Shown here piece after piece: positions 17,115 to 25,095 of a DNA stretch of 64,000 nucleotides. Where the stretch lies: contig JBGAQA010000002.1 of the NCBI GenBank assembly GCA_044220955.1, forward strand, positions 64,001 to 128,000, written 5' to 3'. Numbering within the stretch: position 1 is the first letter of the stretch; the number at the start of each line of letters is the position of its first letter. A model generated the notes under the pieces. It saw only the letters and a list, made by a program, of their open reading frames with translations, was not told the DNA's origin and made no database searches. The stretch is from Sandaracinaceae bacterium. GTDB taxonomy: Bacteria; Myxococcota_A; Polyangia; Polyangiales; Sandaracinaceae. The position numbers and the translations under genes were made by a program.

Positions 17115-17263
17115 AGGAAGGGCGTCGACGCCTGGCCGGCGAAGATCACCACGCCGAGCAGCCCGAGCACGAGCACGAGCGGGACGATCCAGTACACCTT
17201 GTTCTCGCCCGCGAAGCGCACGATGTGCCCGAGCAGCGTCCCCACGTACCGAAGCCGTCCCAT
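17099..17263 (-). CDS. DUF5989/SxtK-like small membrane peptide (54 aa)
   Basis: ENKVYWIVPLVLVLGLLGVVIF..STPFLYSLW matches my recollection of the K.WL.P...PFIY.LF pattern of this family; downstream of a carbamoyltransferase. Confidence 0.85.
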   Translation of the reverse strand: MGRLRYVGTLLGHIVRFAGENKVYWIVPLVLVLGLLGVVIFAGQASTPFLYSLW

Positions 17264-17276
17264 GCACCCAGCATAC

Positions 17277-17421
17277 GGGGTCACTCCACACCCATCCAAC
17301 CCATCGAAACGAAAGCGTTCCGGCGGCAAGATGCGCTAGACGAAAAGCGCGAAAGCGTATTGCGCATCTACCCGCCAGAGCGCCGTGATTTCGGGTAGTT
17401 GAAGGGGTGTGGAGTGACCCC
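17277..17421. repeat. 145-bp palindromic element with perfect 17-bp terminal inverted repeats (MITE/REPIN-like)
   Basis: GGGGTCACTCCACACCC at 17277-17293 and its reverse complement at 17405-17421; imperfect pairing continues inward. Confidence 0.85.
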
Positions 17422-19253
17422 TAGTCGGCGGCGAAGGTGCGCTTGAACTGGGCGCGGTTCGCGAAGCCGGGCTGCTTCTCGGCGCGCAACACGAAGGGAC
17501 CGAGCGCGAGCACGTCCATCTCGGTGCCCATGAAGCACCGGTAGGCGTCCTCGGGGGTGCACACGATCGGCTCGCCGCGGACGTTGAAGCTCGTGTTGAT
17601 CAGCATGCCGCAGCCGGTCTTCGCGGCGAACGCCGAGATCAGTGCGTGGTAGCGAGGGTTGGTCTCGCGGTGCACCGTCTGGATGCGCGCGCTGTGATCG
17701 ACGTGCGTGATCGCCGGGACGTCGCTGCGGGCGCGGTTCACCCACTCGAGCAGGTCCGCCGATCGCTCCTCGCTCGCGGCGACACGGCGCGCCGGGAGCA
17801 CGTCCGCGACGAGGAGCATGTAGGGCGAGGATCGGTCCAGCTCGAAGTAGTCGGCCGACTTCTCGGCGAGCACGCTCGGCGCGAAAGGCCGGAAGCTCTC
17901 TCGCTGCTTGATCTTCAGGTTCATGATCGACTGCATCGTGGGCGAGCGCGGGTCGCCGACGATCGAGCGGTTGCCGAGGGCGCGCGGCCCGAACTCCATC
18001 CGCCCCTGGAAGAGCCCGACGACCTTCTGGTCGGCGATGGCACCCGCGACCTCGTTCGCCCACGCGGCGTCGTCGTCGAACGCCTCGTAGACCCAGCCGC
18101 GCGCGTCGAGCAGCCACTGGATCTGCGCACGCGAGAACTCGGGGCCGAGGTAGGCGCCCTGCATCCGGTCGGTGCGCTCGTCGGCCTCACGCGCCCGCCC
18201 GCCCGCCACCCCGAAGTACGCCGCGTACGCGGCGCCGATCGCCCCGCCAGCATCCCCCGCGCCGGGCTGGATCCAGAGGTCGTCGAACGTGCCCGCCCGC
18301 AGCAAGCGCCCGTTCGCGACGCAGTTCAGCGCGACGCCGCCCGCCATGCAGAGCTTCGTCTTGCCCGTGAGCGCCCGCGCGTGCTTCGCGCTCCGCAGCA
18401 CGACCTCCTCACACACCTCTTGCACCGACCTCGCGAGATCCATCTCGCGCTTGGTGATGCGCTCCTCGGGCTTGCGCGCGCGACCGCCGAAGAGCGCAGC
18501 GAAGCGCTCGCTCGTCATCCGTTCGTCGTCGAGGTAGCCGAAGTAGCTCATGTCGAGCCGCAGCGAGCCGTCGTCCTTGAGGTCGACGAGCTTCTCGAGC
18601 ATGAGCTTGGTGTAGGTGCCCTCACCGTAGGGCGCCAGGCCCATGAGCTTGTACTCGCCGCTGTTCACCTTGAATCCAGTGAAGTACGTGACGGCGCTGT
18701 AGAGGAGGCCGAGGCTGTGCGGGAAGCGCTGCTCCTCGAGCAGCCGCAAGGAAGCGCCCTCGCCGACGCCGACGCTCGCGCAGGTCCACTCCCCGACGCC
18801 GTCGAGCGTGAGCACGGCCGCCTCGCGAAAGGGCGAGGGATAGAACGCGCTCGCCGCGTGCGAGAAGTGGTGCTCGGGGAAGCACACCTTCGGCGTCCCG
18901 CGCACTCCGAGCTTGCCGAGCGCTTCGAGGATGGTCGGCTCGATCCAGAGCTTGTCCCGCAGCCACACCGGCACCGCGTGGACGAAGTTGCGCAACCCGT
19001 GCGGCGCCGTGCCGAGCGCGGTCTCGAGGATGCGGTGGAACTTCAGGATGGGCTTGTCGTAGAAGGCCACGACGTCGAGCTCTTCGGTGCCGCCCTCCGC
19101 GAGGCAGTAGCGCACGGCGTTCTCGGGGAAGCGCTCGTCGTGCTTCACCCGCGAGAAGCGCTCCTCCTGCGCGGCGGCGACGATGCGCCCGTCCTCGACG
19201 AGGCACGCCGCGGCGTCGTGGTACCAGCAGCTGATCCCGAGCACGCGCGCCAT
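17421..19253 (-). CDS. NodU/CmcH/SxtI-family O-carbamoyltransferase
   Basis: YHDAAA, QEERFSR.KH, HHFSHAASAF, GEYKLMGLAPYG, AGGVALN, AGDAGG, EFGPRALGNRS, RESFRPFAP, NTSFN. Confidence 0.95.
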   Translation of the reverse strand: MARVLGISCWYHDAAACLVEDGRIVAAAQEERFSRVKHDERFPENAVRYCLAEGGTEELDVVAFYDKPILKFHRILETALGTAPHGLRNFVHAVPVWLRDKLWIEPTILEALGKLGVRGTPKVCFPEHHFSHAASAFYPSPFREAAVLTLDGVGEWTCASVGVGEGASLRLLEEQRFPHSLGLLYSAVTYFTGFKVNSGEYKLMGLAPYGEGTYTKLMLEKLVDLKDDGSLRLDMSYFGYLDDERMTSERFAALFGGRARKPEERITKREMDLARSVQEVCEEVVLRSAKHARALTGKTKLCMAGGVALNCVANGRLLRAGTFDDLWIQPGAGDAGGAIGAAYAAYFGVAGGRAREADERTDRMQGAYLGPEFSRAQIQWLLDARGWVYEAFDDDAAWANEVAGAIADQKVVGLFQGRMEFGPRALGNRSIVGDPRSPTMQSIMNLKIKQRESFRPFAPSVLAEKSADYFELDRSSPYMLLVADVLPARRVAASEERSADLLEWVNRARSDVPAITHVDHSARIQTVHRETNPRYHALISAFAAKTGCGMLINTSFNVRGEPIVCTPEDAYRCFMGTEMDVLALGPFVLRAEKQPGFANRAQFKRTFAAD

Positions 19254-19254
19254 G

Positions 19255-19716
19255 TCAGTACGGCTTCTCGAGATCGCGCGGCGGCCCGTGCTGCAACCAG
19301 TAGGTCTTCGCCGAGCGGTCGAGACCGCGTGCGAGCGCATCGCGCCCTCCCCGCCGGAAGAGCAGCCGGAAGGGGGCGAAGAAGAGAAAGAACACCGGCG
19401 CCAGCAAGAGCCAGGCGAGGGCCGATCCGACGAGCTCGCCGACGCGGTCGACGCCGCGGGCGAGCGCTGCGTAGCCGCGGCCTGGCGAGGCGAGCGCCAG
19501 GACGAGGGTGACGCCGCCGAGCACCGACACGAGCGCGCCGGGGAGCGCCCGCCCGAACACGAAGAAGATCGACGCCACGACGAAGGCGATCGTGGCGCGC
19601 AGGACGCCGCTCTTGCGCAGGGTACGCGCGTGCTCCCGCGCGAGCGCGACCGGATCGGCGGGCACGGCGAAGGGGGCCGCCGCTTCGGGGCGACCGCGCA
19701 CCACGGGATCGCTCAT
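19255..19716 (-). CDS. SxtJ-like membrane protein
   Basis: TM helices; FFLFFAPFRLL..DAL..TYW..LEKPY C-terminus; directly upstream of the carbamoyltransferase. Confidence 0.75.
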   Translation of the reverse strand: MSDPVVRGRPEAAAPFAVPADPVALAREHARTLRKSGVLRATIAFVVASIFFVFGRALPGALVSVLGGVTLVLALASPGRGYAALARGVDRVGELVGSALAWLLLAPVFFLFFAPFRLLFRRGGRDALARGLDRSAKTYWLQHGPPRDLEKPY

Positions 19717-20201
19717 GGCAGCTCCTTCTTTCCCTCGCGCTCCTCGCGCTGCTTGCGCCGGAGCTCGCCGAAGAACTTCTTGAGCATCTCGCTCGCTTCG
19801 TCCTTGCGCACGCCCGTGCTGATCGCGAAGCGGTGGTTCAGCCGCAGGTCGGTCCCGATGTTGTAGAGCGTCGCCGTCGCGCCCGCCTTCGGATCCTCCG
19901 TGGCGTAGACGACCCGATCCACGCGCGCGTTCACGAGCGCCCCCGCGCACATCGGGCAGGGCTCGAGCGTCACGAAGCACGTCGCGCCCGAGAGGCGCCA
20001 GGTGCCGAGCGCCCTCGCGGCGTCGCGCAGCGCGATCAGCTCGGCGTGCGCCGTCGGGTCCTGGACCGTCTCGCGCAGGTTGTGTGCGCGCGCGATCACG
20101 CGCTCCTCGTGCACGATCACGCACCCGACCGGCACCTCGCCCGACTCGCCTGCGAGCCGCGCCTGCGCGAGCGCCTCGTCCATCCAGTCGTCGTCCGTCA
20201 T
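19713..20201 (-). CDS. tadA: tRNA adenosine(34) deaminase
   Basis: EVPVG, DPTAHAE, TLEPCPMCAGA, LNH. Confidence 0.93.
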   Translation of the reverse strand: MTDDDWMDEALAQARLAGESGEVPVGCVIVHEERVIARAHNLRETVQDPTAHAELIALRDAARALGTWRLSGATCFVTLEPCPMCAGALVNARVDRVVYATEDPKAGATATLYNIGTDLRLNHRFAISTGVRKDEASEMLKKFFGELRRKQREEREGKKELP

Positions 20202-20227
20202 CGGATGTACGAGGCGCGAGCGCCGCA

Positions 20228-20330
20228 AAGGGTAGGGCCCCGCCACACGCTGGTCACCGCGACTGTTGCTCCCTTCCGGGCCTGGCAGGGTTGACGGGCC
20301 AGCGTTGGCGAGGCCATGAGCCGACCTTCC
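20228..20330 (-). ncRNA. ffs: Signal recognition particle 4.5S RNA
   Basis: Minus strand has the CCAGGCCCGGAAGGGAGCAAC domain IV signature inside a long stem (GGCCTCGCCAACGCTGG...CCAGCGTGTGGCGGGGCC); next to tadA; ends approximate. Confidence 0.88.
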
Positions 20331-20418
20331 GATCGGAACGGGCTGCACGTAGCAGAACTGCCGTCGAAACGCACGCGCCGCGTTGACGTGACGATCGCCT
20401 CCGCGGATCCTCGGGGGG

Positions 20419-21411
20419 ATGCAGGTCGGAGAGCGGGAGCTCGAGGAGCGCATCGCGGACGTCGTGCGCCGCGTGAAGGATCCGCGCGCGGGCCTCTACG
20501 GCCCAGGCTCCGTGAGCTGGAGGGTGAACCGCGAGGCGATCGTGATGCTCGGCGGCGGCCGCGCCGCGCTCCTGCAGCTGGCGCACCCCTACGTCGCGTA
20601 CGGCGTCGACCAGCACAGCGCGACGCGCCACGACCCGATCGGCCGATTCCGCCGGACGTTCGAGAACGTGTTCGCGATGGTGTTCGGCGATCTCGACGCG
20701 GCCCTCGCGTGCGCGCGGCGCGTCCACGCGGTGCACGCGAGGATCCGCGGCGCCATCGCCGAGCATGCCGGCAGGTTCCCGCGCGGGCACCGCTACCAGG
20801 CGAACGACGCGGACGCGCTCTTCTGGGTGCAGGCGACGCTCATCGACACGGCGGTGCAGACGTACGAGCTGCTCGTCGAACCGCTCACGCTCACCCAGAA
20901 GGCACAGTACTACGACGAGTCGCGGCTCTTCTCCGGCCTGTTCGGGATCCCCGACTCCGCGATCCCGCGGGACTGGCCCGCGTTCCGCCGCTACTTCGAC
21001 GCGATGATCGCGAGCGACGCGATCACCATGAGCGCGCCGGCCAAGGAGATGGCCCACTTCCTCTTCCAGCCGCCGCGCCCGATCGCCGGCCCTGCGATCG
21101 GCTGGTACAAGATCTTCACCGCGAGCCTCCTGCCTGCCCGTCTGCGGTCCGAGCTCGGCCTGAGCTGGACCGAGCGCGACGAGGCGATCGCGAGGCGAAC
21201 GACGGCGCTGCTCCGCGCCATCCAGCGGCGGACGCCGAGGCGCTTCCGGTATTTCCCCGACTACGTGGAGGCGATGCGCCGCGTGAACGGCAAGACGCCT
21301 CGCGATCCGGTCGGGCGCCTGCTCGAGAAGGTCGCGCTGAAGGCGATCGAGCCCTCTCCGGAGCTGCTCGGCCGCGAGCGGAAGCGCGCGATGTCGCGCG
21401 GGCGCGCGTGA
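20419..21411 (+). CDS. MpaB/DUF2236 oxygenase-family protein
   Basis: GPGSVSWRV, GGGRAALLQLAHP, VHAVHARI, LFWVQATL. Confidence 0.85.
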   Translation: MQVGERELEERIADVVRRVKDPRAGLYGPGSVSWRVNREAIVMLGGGRAALLQLAHPYVAYGVDQHSATRHDPIGRFRRTFENVFAMVFGDLDAALACARRVHAVHARIRGAIAEHAGRFPRGHRYQANDADALFWVQATLIDTAVQTYELLVEPLTLTQKAQYYDESRLFSGLFGIPDSAIPRDWPAFRRYFDAMIASDAITMSAPAKEMAHFLFQPPRPIAGPAIGWYKIFTASLLPARLRSELGLSWTERDEAIARRTTALLRAIQRRTPRRFRYFPDYVEAMRRVNGKTPRDPVGRLLEKVALKAIEPSPELLGRERKRAMSRGRA

Positions 21412-22691
21412 GCGCCCGGGCACACGACGTGATCGTGTGCGGAGCGGGCTCGGCGGGCGCGGCCCTCGCCGGGATGGCCGCGTCGCGTGGCCTCCGCGTC
21501 CTGGTGCTCGAGCGCCGTACGCTCGATCGCGCCGGCGCTTCGTGGGTGAACGACGTCCCGGGATGGATGTTCGACGAAGCGGGCGTCGCACGACCCGAGG
21601 GCGCCGAGCTGCACGCGAGCGCAGGCGTGACGCTCATCGCAGGCTTCGATCGCTCCGCCCCACGCGTGACGGTGCGGCCCGAGGACTTCCTGGGCGTGGA
21701 CATGCGGGGGCTCGTGAGCCGCCTGCAGGACGATGCCCTGCGTGCGGGCGCGGAGCTCCGGGGGGGCGAGCAGGTCCGCGAGATCGTGCATGGCGCCGAC
21801 GAGGTCGTCGTCACGACCGCGAGCGGCGCGCACCGCGCACGATTCCTCGTCGATGCGTCGGGCCTGTCGGGAGCGGCGGCTCTGGGCAAGATGCACGGCT
21901 CGCCGCGCGACGTCTGCGCCGCGGCGCAGGAGGTGAGGCGCGTACGCGACGAGCGGGCGGCCGACGCGTTCTTCTCGGCACATGGCGCGCGGGACGGTGA
22001 CGTCACGGTCTTCACCGGCGTCGCCGGGGGCTACTCGATCGTGAACGTGCGACGCCACCACGATCGCGTCTTCGTGCTCACCGGCACGATCCCCGCCGAC
22101 GGTCACCCCTCGGGCAAGGCGCTGCTCGACACGTTCGTCGCGGATCACCCGTGGATCGGCGAGCGCGTCTTCGGCGGAGCGCGCGCGATCCCGCTCACGT
22201 ACGCGCGGCCGCTCGTCGCCCGTGGTCGGCTCGCGGCCCTCGGCGACGCCGCGAGCCAGGTGTTCTCGGCCCACGGGTCCGGGACCGGAGCCGGGCTGGT
22301 GGCCGCGCGCATGCTCGCGGACGCGCTCCGCGCGTGCGATCTCGCGCAGTACCAGCACGCGTGGCAGCGCCGCTTCGGGCTGCTGTTCTCCTCCCACGAC
22401 CTCTTCCGCCGCCTCGCGCAGGGGCTCGAGATCGCGGATCTCTCGGCGCTCATCGGTGACGGGGTGCTCGGGGAGGGGGCGGTGCAGGCCGCGCTCGCGC
22501 AGCGCTTCCCGCCGCTCGACGGCGCGATCTTCCGGGCCGGACGCGCTCTCTCGAGGCGCCCCGCCCTCGCGCGCCGCTTCGCGCGTCTCGGCGCCAAGGT
22601 CGCGCAGCTCGCCGCGCTCTACGCCCGCCATCCCGCCGATCCGAGCCGTCAGGCCGCGTGGGCCGAGCGCGTCCACGCCGTGATGCGCTGA
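21408..22691 (+). CDS. FAD-dependent oxidoreductase (geranylgeranyl reductase/lycopene cyclase-like fold)
   Basis: DVIVCGAGSAG, LVDASG, LGDAA..HGSG; GTGA overlap with the previous gene. Confidence 0.8.
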   Translation: MSARAHDVIVCGAGSAGAALAGMAASRGLRVLVLERRTLDRAGASWVNDVPGWMFDEAGVARPEGAELHASAGVTLIAGFDRSAPRVTVRPEDFLGVDMRGLVSRLQDDALRAGAELRGGEQVREIVHGADEVVVTTASGAHRARFLVDASGLSGAAALGKMHGSPRDVCAAAQEVRRVRDERAADAFFSAHGARDGDVTVFTGVAGGYSIVNVRRHHDRVFVLTGTIPADGHPSGKALLDTFVADHPWIGERVFGGARAIPLTYARPLVARGRLAALGDAASQVFSAHGSGTGAGLVAARMLADALRACDLAQYQHAWQRRFGLLFSSHDLFRRLAQGLEIADLSALIGDGVLGEGAVQAALAQRFPPLDGAIFRAGRALSRRPALARRFARLGAKVAQLAALYARHPADPSRQAAWAERVHAVMR

Positions 22692-22975
22692 TGACGACAG
22701 GAGAGCTCGCCGTGGAGGGCCCGGACGGGAGCGGGCGCAGCCCGCGGACGGGAGGAGCCGGAGGGGCGAGCCGACAGAATTCCGGATCCTCGACCCGTGG
22801 GCTTCCGGCCGTGCTGAGCGAGTGGTACACGACGGCCTTCGAGGTCTACGCAGAGACGGCGCTGGGGCTGGCCGGCGCGAAGAACATCAGCTTGGTGCTC
22901 GAGCCGGCCCCGACCGGCAAGCACGCGAGCGGGATCGAGCTGGTCACCCTGCGGGGTGACGCCCACTGGGACTGA
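22691..22975 (+). CDS. Small hypothetical ORF, possibly a gene remnant
   Basis: TGATG overlap; first half is low-complexity and hairpin-rich, second half looks protein-like. Confidence 0.3.
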   Translation: MTTGELAVEGPDGSGRSPRTGGAGGASRQNSGSSTRGLPAVLSEWYTTAFEVYAETALGLAGAKNISLVLEPAPTGKHASGIELVTLRGDAHWD

Positions 22976-22982
22976 GAGAGCC

Positions 22983-23900
22983 ATGGCCTGGAGCGTTCGT
23001 GACATCCCCGATCTGAGCGGCCGCGTGTTCGTCGTCACGGGCGCCAACAGCGGCATCGGCCTCGAGGCCGCCGAGGCGCTCGCCGGCAAGGGGGCCCACG
23101 TCGTGATGGCGTGCCGGAGCATCGACAAGGCCGGCGGCGCGGCCGAGCGCGTGCGAGCCAAGCACCCCGACGCGAGCCTCGAGGTGCGCGCGCTCGACCT
23201 GGCGAGCCTCTCGAGCGTTCGCGCGTTCGCCGAGGCGCTCATGGACGCGCACCCGAAGATCGACGTGCTCGTGAACAACGCCGGGATCATGGCCATCCCA
23301 CGCAGTGTCACCGCCGACGGCTTCGAGATGCAGCTCGGGACCAACCACCTCGGGCACTTCGCGCTGACCGGACGCCTGATGCCCGCCCTCGCGAGAGCGC
23401 CGAGCGCGCGGGTCGTCACCGTCTCGAGCTCGGTGCACCGCGGCGGGCGGATCCGCTTCGACGATCTCATGGGAGAGCAGCGCTACGAGAAGTGGGCGGC
23501 GTACATGCAGAGCAAGCTGGCGAACCTGCTCTTCATGCACGAGCTCCATCGGCGCATGGAGGGCGCGCGCAAGAGCATCGCGTCGCTCTCGTGCCACCCC
23601 GGCTACGCCGCCACGAACCTGCAGTCGGTCGGCCCGAAGCTGGAGCGATCGTGGACCGGCGCGATCTTCGAGACGGGCAACGCGATCGTGGCGCAGTCCG
23701 CGGCCGCAGGCGCGCTCCCCACGCTGCGCGCGGCGACCGATCCGGGCGCGTGCAGCGCGGAGTTCTACGGGCCGCGCGGTCCGCTCGCGCTCTGGGGCGC
23801 ACCCGTGGTCGAGAAGCCCTCGGCGAGCGCGCGCGACGAGGCCATCGCGCGGCGCCTCTGGGAGCGCTCCGTGGAGCTGACCGGCGTCGAGTACCCCTGA
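22983..23900 (+). CDS. Short-chain dehydrogenase/reductase (retinol dehydrogenase-like)
   Basis: TGANSGIG, NNAG, GTNHLGHF, YMQSK, HPG. Confidence 0.93.
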   Translation: MAWSVRDIPDLSGRVFVVTGANSGIGLEAAEALAGKGAHVVMACRSIDKAGGAAERVRAKHPDASLEVRALDLASLSSVRAFAEALMDAHPKIDVLVNNAGIMAIPRSVTADGFEMQLGTNHLGHFALTGRLMPALARAPSARVVTVSSSVHRGGRIRFDDLMGEQRYEKWAAYMQSKLANLLFMHELHRRMEGARKSIASLSCHPGYAATNLQSVGPKLERSWTGAIFETGNAIVAQSAAAGALPTLRAATDPGACSAEFYGPRGPLALWGAPVVEKPSASARDEAIARRLWERSVELTGVEYP

Positions 23901-23985
23901 GGGAGCGGCGGCCGTGGGCCCAAACGACACGACGCGCGCGCACCCGCGAGGGCACGCGCGCGTCGGTCGACCCTGTTCGGAGGGA

Positions 23986-24306
23986 TCAGGTCCCGGCGCC
24001 GGCGCAGCTGCGCCCGTTGCCGGCCGGATCCGTCGGGTCGCTGTCGCTGCAGCCGGAGACGGCCCCGCCGCCACCGCCCGCCCCGCCGCAGTGCGTGCCG
24101 CGGCCGATCCCGTCGGTCGGGTCGCTGTCGCTGCAGCCCGAGCCGGTGGCCGCGCCGCTGCCGCCCATGCAGCACGCCGTGGTGGACACGAGCCCGAGCG
24201 CGGCGAGCGCCCCGGCCGCGGCTCCGCCCAGCATCGTCATCTGGCGGCGGCTGAGCTTGCGCTCGGTGGAGATCTCGTCGGCAACCAGCGTCTTCATCTC
24301 GGACAT
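23986..24306 (-). CDS. Small Tat-signal Gly/Cys-rich protein with two GCSDSDPTD repeats
   Basis: GGAGG ribosome-binding site; LSRRQ then a hydrophobic helix, TAC; 23-bp exact DNA repeat at 24032-24054 and 24116-24138. Confidence 0.75.
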   Translation of the reverse strand: MSEMKTLVADEISTERKLSRRQMTMLGGAAAGALAALGLVSTTACCMGGSGAATGSGCSDSDPTDGIGRGTHCGGAGGGGGAVSGCSDSDPTDPAGNGRSCAGAGT

Positions 24307-24471
24307 CGCACCCTCCATGTGGGGCCCGACAGGGTCTTCGGGCGAGAGAACCCAACCACATTCCGCACCGGGAGCGCAAGCGCGAAGTCGCTGGCACCAC
24401 CGTGAATGCGCCCGGGCCTTCTGGCGTCCACGCGGTTCTGGTACCGTCTCAGGCCGACCGAAGGTGACCAC

Positions 24472-25041
24472 ATGAACCCGATTCGCTCGTGGCGCGGCTC
24501 TCGCGCGCAGTCGCTCGTCGCTCTCGCCGCCCTCTCGCTGGCGCTCGGTACGCTCGCCACCTACGCGCTGCCGCACGCCGGCGCGCAGCGCCTACGGGCC
24601 ACCGTCTACGTGACGCAGGCGGTGATTCCCCGGGGGCTCACGGAGAAGGCGCTGGTGGGCTTCGCTCGCGGCCACCAGGCGCGCATCATGCAGGAGACGA
24701 CCGAGACGGATCTCGCCCAGCGACACTGGACCGGCAACATGGTCGTCCAGTTCAACACGCCGCCGGGCGATCTCGAGTACCACGCGCTCTTCTACGACGT
24801 CACGGACGGCGTCCGGAACTTCATCGACGACATGGCGATCTACGTGCACGACCGCGAGCAGCGTACGTACGTGCAGCGCATCAACCTCGCGCGTCCGCGC
24901 TTCCGCCCGAACCGCCGCCTCGAGATGGTCGTGACCGTGGCGCACGCCGAGGTCGGCAGGGCCCGCCTCGAGATACGCGGCGAGGAAGTACACCACTCCG
25001 GACAGGTCGACTTCAGCGAAGCCGACACGCACGGAGACTGA
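24472..25041 (+). CDS. Secreted hypothetical protein
   Basis: Signal peptide ending AGA; typical codon usage. Confidence 0.7.
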   Translation: MNPIRSWRGSRAQSLVALAALSLALGTLATYALPHAGAQRLRATVYVTQAVIPRGLTEKALVGFARGHQARIMQETTETDLAQRHWTGNMVVQFNTPPGDLEYHALFYDVTDGVRNFIDDMAIYVHDREQRTYVQRINLARPRFRPNRRLEMVVTVAHAEVGRARLEIRGEEVHHSGQVDFSEADTHGD

Positions 25042-25095
25042 GGTCTTCGGGCGCAGCCCCGGGTGACATCGTCGCGTGAACGAAGAGGGCGCTCC

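Noticed and set aside
17099..19716. Saxitoxin biosynthesis cluster
   Set aside because: Only sxtI/J/K-like genes (and an SGNH protein) are present; no sxtA, sxtG or other core genes.
24391..24410. Sigma54 promoter (CTGGCAC...)
   Set aside because: There is no GC at the required -12 position 10 nt after the GG.
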